The notes beneath the pieces were generated by a model that was not told the origin of the DNA, did not search any database, and saw nothing but the letters and a program-made list of their open reading frames with translations. From Rhodothermales bacterium (GTDB lineage Bacteria > Bacteroidota > Rhodothermia > Rhodothermales > Bin80), in assembly GCA_022821385.1 (NCBI GenBank), contig JAJEDR010000077.1, positions 42,891-106,890 on the forward strand: a stretch of DNA of 64,000 bases, in the 5' to 3' direction. Below, piece by piece: positions 19,810-30,100 of this stretch. The position numbers and the translations under genes are program-made. Positions within the stretch are counted from its first letter, which is position 1. Each line of letters begins with the position of its first letter.

Positions 19810-21963
19810 ATGTCAATGAGGCGTGCGACGGTTTTGCTGACTGTTATGACTATATGCAGTTGTACAGCAGATCAATACTCAACAAACACCAGTGATCCAT
19901 ATACTGATTGGGCTGTCTATCTGGGGGACGCGACGAGTAGTCACTACAGTACTCTTGATCAGATTAATCGAAGTAATGTGGCGGATCTGGCGTTAGCCTG
20001 GACCTATAATTCCGGCGATGCTGACAGTACCGGCCGTACTCAGATGCAGTGTAATCCAATTATCATAGATTCCATTTTGTATGCCACGTCACCGGGGTTA
20101 AAAGCCATTGCCCTGAATGCAACCACTGGAAAGGAGATATGGCGCTTTGACCCGTTTGAGGCCGGAGCCGTAGATGAAGGGCGCGGGATCAACCGAGGAG
20201 TAAGCTACTGGGCCGGTAATGATCAGCACAAGGCACGTATCATTTATTCGGCAGGATCCAGGCTATTTGCCTTGGATGCGTCAACCGGAAAACCGATCAG
20301 CACATTTGGTGAAGAAGGGTCTGTTAATTTGCGGGAAGGTATGGATCGCGACGTTACGGGTTTATCTGTAGCAGCCCGCACGCCAGGTATCATCTATAGA
20401 CATCTACTGATCCAAGGCACATCTTTGTCTGAGGGCATTCGCTCTGCACCTGGTCATATCCGGGCTTACGATGTGCGCACAGGAGAGCTTGCCTGGATCT
20501 TTCATACAATCCCTCACCCTGATGAATTTGGATATGATACATGGCCTCCCAATGCCTATTTATACAGTGGGGGCGCTAATGCGTGGAGTGGATTAAGCCT
20601 GGATGAAGAACGTGGGATAGTCTTCCTCCCCACGGGATCGGCAGCTTTTGATTTTTGGGGAGGTAATCGAATTGGTGAAAATCTATTTGCCAATTCTGTA
20701 CTTGCACTTGATGCCCTGACAGGTGAGCGCAAATGGCACTTCCAGACGGTACATCATGATATTTGGGATCGTGACATCCCAGCTGCCCCCAACCTTGTCA
20801 CAGTGGTGCATGATGGTCACCGCATTGATGCAGTCGCACAGGTCACAAAAAGTGGGTATGTATTTCTTCTTGATCGGGACACTGGAACTCCTCTTTTCCC
20901 CGTGGAAGAGCGTCCGTTCCCAGCCTCTGACCTGAAGGGCGAAGAAGCCTGGCCAACTCAACCGATCCCACTGAAACCTCCCCCCTTCGCACGTCAGAGG
21001 TTTGATGAGGAGGATGTAACCAACATCTCACAGGAATCTCGCGACTATGTGTTGGAGCGTCTCAGGCAAGTTCGTTCCGACGGCCAGTTTGTACCACCAA
21101 GCGTACAGGGGACTATCATTTACCCGGGTTTTGATGGGGGAGCTGAATGGGGTGGTGCCGGCTATGATCCAACCACGGGAATGCTGTATGTCAATAGTAA
21201 CGAAATGGCCTGGATTCTCACGATGGTCCCGTTAAACCCGGATGGAGCAACTACAGGAGAAGGTCTTTATGCTCGCTATTGTGCAGGCTGCCACGGTGCC
21301 GGGCTTGAGGGTTCTCCCACTGGCGATATGCCTGCCTTGACCGGATTGGAGTCCCGGATGACAAGAGATGCTGTAGGTGAACAGATTGCCCGGGGGGTTG
21401 GCTTTATGCCATCCTTTGGTTTTCTGGAATCAGGTGAAGTATCTGCAATTGTAGACTTTCTTTTTGGGGAGGACGCGGAATCCTCAATTGAACTGGAAGA
21501 AGCCGATGCCGAACTCAGCGCGTTTTTTGCTGGCTCTCCATATGGGCATACCGGATACAATAGGTTTTTTGATCAGGACGGATACCCGGCGGTTAAACCT
21601 CCTTGGGGTACGCTAAATGCGATAGACCTGAATACTGGTACGATTGAATGGTCCGTACCACTGGGGGAATTCCCGGAGTTGACAGCTCGGGGGATTCCAC
21701 AAACCGGCACAGAAAACTACGGCGGACCTGTGGTTACTTCCGGTGGCCTGCTATTTATTGCCGCCAGTAAGGACGAGCGTTTTCGGGCTTTCGACAAGGA
21801 TAACGGAGCTGTTCTTTGGGAAACACAGCTGCCTGCAGGTGGCTATGCAACTCCTGCAACCTATGAAGTTGGGGGAAAGCAGTACGTGGTTATTGCCGCA
21901 GGAGGAGGCAAAATGGGTACAAAGTCTGGAGATGCTTACTTGGCGTTTGCGCTGCCTGAATAA
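19810..21963 (+). CDS. PQQ-dependent glucose/quinate-type dehydrogenase with embedded cytochrome c domain (lipoprotein)
   Basis: YSTLDQINRSNV, WHFQTVHHDIWDRD, GGAEWGG, PPWGTLNAIDL and ATPATYEVGGKQYVVIAAGG motifs; CAGCH at 21280-21294. Confidence 0.9.
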   Translation: MSMRRATVLLTVMTICSCTADQYSTNTSDPYTDWAVYLGDATSSHYSTLDQINRSNVADLALAWTYNSGDADSTGRTQMQCNPIIIDSILYATSPGLKAIALNATTGKEIWRFDPFEAGAVDEGRGINRGVSYWAGNDQHKARIIYSAGSRLFALDASTGKPISTFGEEGSVNLREGMDRDVTGLSVAARTPGIIYRHLLIQGTSLSEGIRSAPGHIRAYDVRTGELAWIFHTIPHPDEFGYDTWPPNAYLYSGGANAWSGLSLDEERGIVFLPTGSAAFDFWGGNRIGENLFANSVLALDALTGERKWHFQTVHHDIWDRDIPAAPNLVTVVHDGHRIDAVAQVTKSGYVFLLDRDTGTPLFPVEERPFPASDLKGEEAWPTQPIPLKPPPFARQRFDEEDVTNISQESRDYVLERLRQVRSDGQFVPPSVQGTIIYPGFDGGAEWGGAGYDPTTGMLYVNSNEMAWILTMVPLNPDGATTGEGLYARYCAGCHGAGLEGSPTGDMPALTGLESRMTRDAVGEQIARGVGFMPSFGFLESGEVSAIVDFLFGEDAESSIELEEADAELSAFFAGSPYGHTGYNRFFDQDGYPAVKPPWGTLNAIDLNTGTIEWSVPLGEFPELTARGIPQTGTENYGGPVVTSGGLLFIAASKDERFRAFDKDNGAVLWETQLPAGGYATPATYEVGGKQYVVIAAGGGKMGTKSGDAYLAFALPE

Positions 21964-22327
21964 AAATCACCAAATGGTAGATATTGATTCCAGATTCTCC
22001 AGGTGCGTAGCTTCTTCTGTAATCGATACTCTGTCGGACGAATGATAAAGAAAGGTCAATACCATGGCGGAACATCAGATATCATGCCGTCTTGGTGGAA
22101 AATCATCCCTATTCGAGAGGAATGACCGAAACATTCCGCCATCATATTGAATGCAATAGACACTCATTGAACCACTGTCTGTCCCTGTAGTGGCCACGCT
22201 CCGGCATCAGAGGCACAAAGATTATCCCTGATTCTGATCACAATCCGATAAAGCTACGCTGGACTATGGCAGCCAATCGCTGTGAACGGTCCGTTAAACG
22301 CCAATGTGCCCTTTACGGGCCTACTAC

Positions 22328-23068
22328 CTAACTTTGTTTCGGCTCAGTTACCAGTTGCGGCAGGCGGCGAATACGGATATTTCTGAACCAGACCGGATCA
22401 CTATGGTCCTGGAGGCAGATATGCCCGGTCCTACTCATTCCATAATCCGGCATATCAATCCATTTGCTTTCTGCTATCAAGGCTTTCCAGTCCTCATTCC
22501 ACAATTCGTAGGAAACAATTCTTTCTCCGTTTAGCCAATGCTCAACATGCGCACCGTTAACAACAATGCGGGTCATGTTCCATTCTCCAACTGGGCTTAC
22601 CACGTTAACGGAGGGCGGGTGCATATCATAATTTGCACCCGCATGGCGGTCTTCACCCTCCTGCGCATCTGGATGTAAATCATTGTCTAATATCTGGTAC
22701 TCCGGTCCTGTACGCCAGGGATAGTCATGGTCTTCGGATACGCGGAACATGATCCCACTATTCCCCGCAGGAGATATTTTCCACTCAAGCTCGAGCTCAA
22801 AGTGATCATATTGTTCGACGGTTATAATATCACCGCCCTCCCCTTCGCCAGTAAAGTGCAAGACACCGTCATCACTTATGTGCCATGCTTCAGGGATCCC
22901 CTCACCTCCATATCTTCTCCACTGGTCAGCCCCAAGTGTTTGCCAAGGAATCTCTACGCGTATGGCTAGTTCCTCGTCATCCATTTCCGCGGGGGTCGTA
23001 TTCTCCGAGGCAGATTGGCAACCTACCAAGGTCGCTGCAGCAAATGTAGCCGCTTGTAATAATCGCAT
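22328..23068 (-). CDS. DUF1080 (3-keto-disaccharide hydrolase-like) lipoprotein
   Basis: LVGC lipobox, GNSGIMFR, GPEYQILD and GHICLQDHSDPVWFRNIRIR. Confidence 0.9.
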   Translation of the reverse strand: MRLLQAATFAAATLVGCQSASENTTPAEMDDEELAIRVEIPWQTLGADQWRRYGGEGIPEAWHISDDGVLHFTGEGEGGDIITVEQYDHFELELEWKISPAGNSGIMFRVSEDHDYPWRTGPEYQILDNDLHPDAQEGEDRHAGANYDMHPPSVNVVSPVGEWNMTRIVVNGAHVEHWLNGERIVSYELWNEDWKALIAESKWIDMPDYGMSRTGHICLQDHSDPVWFRNIRIRRLPQLVTEPKQS

Positions 23069-23120
23069 AACTATGGGATTCTATTTCTGTCAAATTGCAC
23101 AAGTGAAAGCTTTCGTTCTG

Positions 23121-24362
23121 TTAGGTCTCAGCAGGTTCACCGTTATCTGCAACTCGGTCGTTAAAAAGCATCACGAATGCGACCGAGAACAAGAATGTAG
23201 CTCCGGCAAAAATATACCAAAAAGTGGCCCAACCCCCAAGATCCAATTGTCCTCCCGTTCCATAGGTGTTCACAAAAAGTCCACTTAATTGGGTGCCTAG
23301 GAAAAACCCGATTCCTTGAGTCAAGAGCACCAGCAAGCCTTGCACTTGGCCTCTGATCTCCGGCGCAGTCTTCTTGTCAATGTAGATCTGCCCTGTAACG
23401 AAAAAGAAATCGTAGCAGATACCGTGAATGAGAATACCAATCAGTATGAAATAGTACATCCCTACACTTGCCCCCACCGCAAAAATCGCGAAGCGGGCAA
23501 CCCATGCGAGCATTCCAAGAAGCAGCATCCACTTTACCCCCAATCTTCGGAAAAAGAAAGGGATCAAGAGCATGAAGAATATTTCACTCACCTGACCGAA
23601 AGCCATCTCCCCGCTAGGATTGGCAAAAAGGCTTGTCCCGTCAAAGAAATTCTCATGAATGGCTGTGAAGTATAGCGGGGCGTACGGGAAATAGGTCCCA
23701 AAGGCGATAAAGATCAGCATCGCCGCCGCCAGGAAAACCACAAAAGATTTACTCTTCAAAGCATTGAAGGCATCAATGCCCGCAATCTGCTTCCATGTAG
23801 TTGATTGTCCCTTTGATGGCGGAGGAGTATAGGGTAACGTGAAGCTGTACAGGCCAAGGAACAATGCAGCCCCTCCACCAATGTATAGCGGGGTCGCGGT
23901 ATTATCTGCCTGAAGAACATAGCCCATAAACAGACCGATTGTAGCCCAGCCAATAGTCCCGAAGACACGGACCACTGGAAACTCTTTTTCCTGATTTTTC
24001 AGGTGATGGAACGCCAGTGAGGCGGTCAAGCCAAGTGTCGGGAAATAGCATAAAGCATGCAGCCCTAATAGGGGCAAAAACATGTCTGTGTCGGCTGCAA
24101 ATGGCATGGCACACATCGCTGCTCCAGCGATTAGCATGAGTACTCCCAGCAGCTTTTCTGAATCGAAAAAGCGATCAGCTACCATGCCAAGGAAAAATGG
24201 TCCAATCATGCAAGCTATTGGTCCAAGCGCATAGGCTAGGGGAATCCACTCTCCTGCACCAATAAGGCTCATATAATTGCCCAGTGTGGGTGCCCAAGCC
24301 CCCCAAATGAAGTACTGGACAAACATCATTAAGCTTAGGCGGGCAACAAGTCCTACATTCAT
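23121..24362 (-). CDS. Nucleoside-permease-type MFS transporter (NupG/YegT family)
   Basis: LSLMMFVQYFIWGAW, RVFGTIGW, GQVSEIFFML and HGICYDFFFVTGQIY. Confidence 0.9.
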   Translation of the reverse strand: MNVGLVARLSLMMFVQYFIWGAWAPTLGNYMSLIGAGEWIPLAYALGPIACMIGPFFLGMVADRFFDSEKLLGVLMLIAGAAMCAMPFAADTDMFLPLLGLHALCYFPTLGLTASLAFHHLKNQEKEFPVVRVFGTIGWATIGLFMGYVLQADNTATPLYIGGGAALFLGLYSFTLPYTPPPSKGQSTTWKQIAGIDAFNALKSKSFVVFLAAAMLIFIAFGTYFPYAPLYFTAIHENFFDGTSLFANPSGEMAFGQVSEIFFMLLIPFFFRRLGVKWMLLLGMLAWVARFAIFAVGASVGMYYFILIGILIHGICYDFFFVTGQIYIDKKTAPEIRGQVQGLLVLLTQGIGFFLGTQLSGLFVNTYGTGGQLDLGGWATFWYIFAGATFLFSVAFVMLFNDRVADNGEPAET

Positions 24363-24386
24363 GTTAAATTCCAATCGATTAGTTAT

Positions 24387-24427
24387 AAAGAAAACGCCGT
24401 GCAAGTGGTTACTGATCGCACGGCGTT
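24387..24427 (-). terminator. Intrinsic terminator downstream of the LVIVD gene
   Basis: 10-bp stem AACGCCGTGC (24393-24402) / GCACGGCGTT (24418-24427), followed on the minus strand by TTCTTT. Confidence 0.6.
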
Positions 24428-24515
24428 CAAGTAAATACCATTAACTATGTCCTGCAAATACGGACATCAACTGATCCACTTGATCGAAAACCAAAAATAA
24501 ATTTTTCGTCCCCGA

Positions 24516-26384
24516 CTAGTTTGAGGCATCCATCCTGCTTTTCAGGCGATCAATAATTGCTTGGCTACTTTCTCGCTCTGCTTGATCTATCCCTGCACGC
24601 ACTCTAGCTATCTGTTCTGCAGTTGCCCCCTGGTTACGCTCCAATTGATCAACATGTGCACGGGCAAGAGCAAAGGACGGCGGCCACTTGTATGTCGGCT
24701 GTCCCTGAGCATTCTTGTACTCCAATTTTACAGTATTCGCTGCAGCAATTTCATTAGCGGTCAGAAACTCGCTGGGAACAAGCTCAAATACATCCAGGCC
24801 ACGTGCAATCTCACTGCTGTAAATGTAGCCGTTGTACCAGTAGACAGACCAGCTTCCTCCCATCTCCATCTGCTCAGCACTCACAGGACCACGGTCATGG
24901 TATGCAATCTCTATCACATTGGACGGATCTGTCCAGTCGGTAATTGAAATACCTCCCTGATACCAGGATTGGACAAATATATCCCGACCGGGCACAGGGA
25001 TCTGGGACCCGTTATGTGCTACGCAATTTTCCTCGTCCGTCTGTGGTACGGGCAACTTGTAATAGCCCTTGAAATGCATCTTCTTCTCTTCATCAATCGT
25101 GAAGTATGCATTTGCTCCCCACTCCATTGGATCTGTGTCACGGCACTTGGGTCCTCCACCTCCACCCCATTCATCCGTGAATAGGATTGTTGATCCGTCA
25201 TTATTAAACGTTGCCGAGTGCCAGTAAGAGAAGTTGCTGTCTGCAACCGCATCAAGGCGATATGGATTGGCCGGATCAGAAATATCAAGGAGGAGGCCGT
25301 ATCCTTCACACGCACCACCTGCTAAGCCGATCTCAGGGTATAGCGTGATGTCATGACACTGATTGGGACCTCGATCTTCATCAGCTCCATCACCCCCACC
25401 GATCATCTGAGCAATGATATCTGGTAGCGCCTCGCGAAATGCCACCGTATCCTCGGCAGTCGGTTCCGTGATGCCCTCTTCGCTAAAGTAGGCCGCAGCC
25501 ATTGGGGCTACGTAGTTTTCTGGCAGTATAAAAGAAGAACCACCAATTGAAACCACAAACTCTCCCCGTGCCTTTGCCGCTTCAAACTCGGCTCTCTCTG
25601 CGTCTGTAGGACCATGTACCGGCGGGGCGGTCAGGTCCTCAAAGATTCTTGGTGAACTCACGATTGCTGCCTCTTGGGGGTTATCCAGAGGAACCTGGAT
25701 GACTTCAATCCGGAAGAGTGCAGACTCGGGGTCCTCACTGGGAGACATGCTTGAGCATCCCGGCAATTCTTCCGCGGGTCTCACTGGGGCTGATCCAGAA
25801 ACATAAATGTAGACGTTTTCGTCGTCATCGGGATCTTTGAGAAGCGAGTGCGTATGTGAGCCTCGACAGGTCTGAACATTATGGATGTACTGCGGGTCAC
25901 GTACATCGGTAATATCGAAGATCCGGATTCCCCGCAGCCGGTCGTGACTGATACTCTCTTGTACACCCTCAGTACCGCAATCAAGTCGACCGCCCGTACC
26001 TTCACCTGAAACAAAAAGCAGGTTCCCGTACACTGAAACGTCACTCTGCGAGGCTGGACACAGGTAATCTTTTGCCAGCACGGGATTGCTGGGATTTGAT
26101 ACATCCCAGATCAAAATACCGTTATAGTTGCCCTGGAACACATATTGATCCTTGAAGGCCAAGTCACTGTTGGTGACACCAACAAAGGTTTCCGGGGGCA
26201 AAACGGTTGCGACTTTGCGCAAATTCCAGATGGCTTCCTCCGCATCAAAAAGCCCGGCTTCAAGACCAATGCGGGGATCCTCCATGACCATCTCTTGGGG
26301 GGTGAAATCTTGCGCTGTACTCACCGCAGGTCTGATTATAACAGACGTCAGGAATGCGGCAATCAACAGGTATTGTAGTTTCAT
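24516..26384 (-). CDS. LVIVD-repeat beta-propeller exported protein
   Basis: Signal peptide MKLQYLL, NSDLAF, QSDVSVYGNLLFVS, CRGSHTH, CHDIT, WHSATFNNDG and CVAHNG. Confidence 0.85.
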   Translation of the reverse strand: MKLQYLLIAAFLTSVIIRPAVSTAQDFTPQEMVMEDPRIGLEAGLFDAEEAIWNLRKVATVLPPETFVGVTNSDLAFKDQYVFQGNYNGILIWDVSNPSNPVLAKDYLCPASQSDVSVYGNLLFVSGEGTGGRLDCGTEGVQESISHDRLRGIRIFDITDVRDPQYIHNVQTCRGSHTHSLLKDPDDDENVYIYVSGSAPVRPAEELPGCSSMSPSEDPESALFRIEVIQVPLDNPQEAAIVSSPRIFEDLTAPPVHGPTDAERAEFEAAKARGEFVVSIGGSSFILPENYVAPMAAAYFSEEGITEPTAEDTVAFREALPDIIAQMIGGGDGADEDRGPNQCHDITLYPEIGLAGGACEGYGLLLDISDPANPYRLDAVADSNFSYWHSATFNNDGSTILFTDEWGGGGGPKCRDTDPMEWGANAYFTIDEEKKMHFKGYYKLPVPQTDEENCVAHNGSQIPVPGRDIFVQSWYQGGISITDWTDPSNVIEIAYHDRGPVSAEQMEMGGSWSVYWYNGYIYSSEIARGLDVFELVPSEFLTANEIAAANTVKLEYKNAQGQPTYKWPPSFALARAHVDQLERNQGATAEQIARVRAGIDQAERESSQAIIDRLKSRMDASN

Positions 26385-26415
26385 CGTGTTGGGGTTGGGG
26401 GTGAAAATGTAATTG

Positions 26416-27060
26416 CTAGTGCGCACCTTTGAGGCGACCAAGCATCATGCGCATGCGGTCAATCTCTGTGACTTGGTCAACATGTATATCCGTGGCCAGC
26501 TTGTAGGTATCGTCGCCTGTGACCGCTCCGTCTACCTTCAGGAGCTCTCTAACCATAAAAACGGCCCCTTCGTGGTGCATTATCATGTACTCAAGGAATA
26601 ATCGATCAAAATCGACTCCCTTGGCAGTTTCAAGTTCGTCAAGTTGTTCTTTGGAAAGCATGCCCGGCATATGTAACGCATGATGGTCATCGACGCCATG
26701 AATCATAAGAGAACTGCCTTCTATCATCACGTGAGGAACTGGCTGACCACGCTTGCGCAACCAGCTCTGCATGATGCGTATCTCGTCATTCTGTGCGTTA
26801 ATAATCCGGGCTGCCAAGGTTTGAATTGCGGGGCTTGCGTTATTACTTTCGGCAAAGGCTGACATAATCAGGGCCTGAGCATGATGTCCGATCATGCCGG
26901 TCATAAAATCAACATCTGCCTGGGAAAAGCGTGCGAGCGCACTATCCTTGCGTGCCCAGTAGAGTGCTTCCAGGTCTTCGGTATCCTGAGATATCACCGG
27001 GCCCACGGTGCACATGCCGATCAACAGAACGCAAATGAACCCGATCGGGCGCTCAGCCAT
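26416..27060 (-). CDS. DUF305 domain protein
   Basis: ADVDFMTGMIGHHAQAL, MPGML and FDRLFLEYMIMHHEGAVFM. Start moved to 27060 to avoid overlap with the upstream gene. Confidence 0.9.
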   Translation of the reverse strand: MAERPIGFICVLLIGMCTVGPVISQDTEDLEALYWARKDSALARFSQADVDFMTGMIGHHAQALIMSAFAESNNASPAIQTLAARIINAQNDEIRIMQSWLRKRGQPVPHVMIEGSSLMIHGVDDHHALHMPGMLSKEQLDELETAKGVDFDRLFLEYMIMHHEGAVFMVRELLKVDGAVTGDDTYKLATDIHVDQVTEIDRMRMMLGRLKGAH

Positions 27061-27113
27061 GCATAATTGGTTTTTGAAGACTTTGAAGATACAAAAAATC
27101 ATGTTACCGTTGC

Positions 27114-30100
27114 TCAAAAGGTTGCTGACAATTGCATTCGCACAGTATGAATCTGGGGGGCATCTTGTGGACTCCGCCCTGTATAGGACACGGTCGCACG
27201 CAGAACGCTGTTTAACTGAATCCATCCACTTAGGCGCCACAAGAGGGAACTTCCCTTACCTCTGCCGTCCGTAAGCTCAAACAAGGCAAGCCCGGCTGAA
27301 CCCTTGCTGTCTTTCAGGTTCACATTTGCAAGTTCAAGAGTAGCATTAACATTTGCTCGCCGCGCCCTACTCCATGAGCCTTTTATAGGGAGTTTTACAA
27401 TTGTAGCTGAAACTCCCGTTTCACCATCCTTCCGTGAATAATCCGGGCTTACAGATAACCTCAGATCCTGCGTTATCCCTAACTGGATTTCCTGCGTAAA
27501 CGATCGTGTTTGAATATCGAATTCCCTTGACTTGAAAGTGTCACTCCTGTTAATTTTGCTTGAAGAGCTACCCCCGGACTTAAAGGCCCACATCTCTCCG
27601 AGCCTCCATCGTATCTGAATACGGAAATCATCAATGCTTCTCATCTCTGCACCGGCAGCAAGCTTGCTGGCTGAACGAATTCTTCGCCAGGAAGCCTCAA
27701 GACCATACCGAGGGTTATTGCGAAACAACCACAAGTCCTGCGTAAGGTTGAGCACTCCACGGATAGAGTACTGCGGATGCCGGAAGTTCCGCTGTCGCAG
27801 AAGGTAGATATCTGCCGGGTCGGGTGCTTCATTCTTTTCATTTACCTCCACCGCGGTCCGCAGCGCAACCTGACTCAACCATCTTTTCCATTTTTCCGGT
27901 GCATCCTGCCAACGCTGTCCATTATCAAATTGGATATTGAAACGGGCCTTTAGGCCAGTCACCGACTGCAGCGAATCCGATGGTATGAGCGTACGTGCAT
28001 AGTTTCCTTCGTCCTGCGTTACTTCGGGAATGAATTCATCAATTTCACGAATTCCATTACCGTTGGAATCTACCCAGGTATATTCACCAAGTTCGGGACC
28101 AGTGCGAATATAGATTTCCTGCTGTACGGGCGTTTGTTCGGAGAGCGCTTCATAGAACCAGTTCAGTCTGAACAATCGCTTCCATGGCTGTAGGCGTCCA
28201 TTCCAACGGAGAACCAGTGATCGCTCGTTCGTTAGCCCTTGGGTAGTTTGAAAAAATTTCGAGTACTTCGTGTGTTGCCAACCTAATCGCCCCTCACTTC
28301 GGAAGGAACGCCTACTGTTCGCGGTGTATTGCAGGCTGGTTGTAGCTCGCCGTCTGCCAGGCAGCAGTTGATGATCGGTCCATAAATGCTCATCACGCCA
28401 ATCAAAACTTGATGATAGTGTCCCCCAATTACCGGTCCACTCGGCGGTAGGAGATACTTGCCAGTACTCTCGCGAATCCTGTCGCAGCCCTTGGGGTACA
28501 AGTTGTCGGCGGTTACTGGCTTTGAATCGCGTAGTCAAGGCGACACGTCCATCAATCAGCGACTTCTGAAGTTGTGCATTGTGGCGAACCCAGTTACCCT
28601 GGATTAACTCTGATTCGCTCTCAATAACTGTAAAAAAGTAGTTTAGGCTGGGTAAGCGCCGCTCATTAATCGTTAGTTCCAGTACCCGTCTGTTACCACT
28701 AAATACCCCTGACTGACGAAGGCGGCCAAGTGTGCCGGTTACCGAAGATTCGTCAGAGAATTTCCAGGCAATAGTTGCCTCATCAATGGATTCTTGATGT
28801 GCCCTTACAAGATTACGATCAAGCGGGAGATTCCAGGAACGCACAAACTCAATCGGCTGAACACTGTCAAATGTGGCAAAGTTTTCACCTGTGAGCCGTC
28901 GCTCAAGAACAACCATGGCTGTGCCTACCCCGACCGGTAAATCCATGACTTGCAGCCGGCCGTGATAACTATGGGCCCGATCGTCTGCCGCATCAAGGGA
29001 GGAGAATCGGTTTTCGTCGCGGAACGACTGCGCCCATTCGCCAGATAGTTTGACATAACGTATTGGTGCAAAGCTTCCGCGCAAATCAAGCATACGCTGT
29101 TGCCTGGGCTTCGGCAAGATGCGAATAGGCAAATACTCGCCTTGCCCTGGTCCCCGATAACTGTATGTGATTCCATTCGTGGTCTGTCCTTGCCGGACGT
29201 AGTCTCCCGCCCCGGGGCCTACCCGAGTGAATTCAACCCTGAACACCTGCCCCTGTGATGCCCGTGTGATCGGAGTGTAGATACGATACAGATTGCCCGA
29301 TACTGTGGTGTCCCGAAGTTCATAGTGGACCCATGGCGCGTCAGGGTCATACGTCACGGATGTTGCACCGCTGCGTGATGCCTCCTGATCCCCCAGTGTT
29401 GTTAGAAGATCCCTGTCAGCGGTCGTAAGTCCAAACTCCTGATCAAATGATTTGCCGTCAGCTTCCCTGATGAATGTAACTCCGAATGTAGCAAAGGACG
29501 GCCCCAACTCACGCTCTCCCGCTGAAAAATCTGCTTCAGAGGCTATAAGCGTACGGGTGAATTCTGTGGTTCTATACTGAAATTCCACTGCGACGCGGTG
29601 ATGGGATTTCATCAACCGGTTCGTAGTAAAGGATACTTCGCCAGTGGCATAGTCAATCACATAGTCCTGTGATTCTCCACGGGTTAAAAGATTGCCATCC
29701 AAATAAACAGATTCAGATCCTGGGATTACTAGAATAAATGGTTCATTGGCGTTTCCTTGCAGCCGGTAGGGACCCTGGACGCCGTCCTTGATTTTGATAT
29801 CCTGCGTTTTGAACAGTCCGCGGGATGTAGCCGCAGCCATACGCATTATTCCCCCCAGTCTCCCGGACGGAGAAGGTGTTGTGATTCCAACACCTTGAAT
29901 CTTCCGATTTAGCTGTGCGAAGGTGCCGCTGTTGAGTTGCAATCCGAAATCGCCCAGTTGGGCTGAACTGAATGGCGTGTCAATTTCAATAAACACACGA
30001 TCAAGCTCGCTGAGTCGCTGTGTTGTGCCTTCGGGGAGAATAGGGGTATTCTCGTCCGTTAAGACTGCCCGCAGGTTTATATCCGGTGCCAGTGCCCCCG

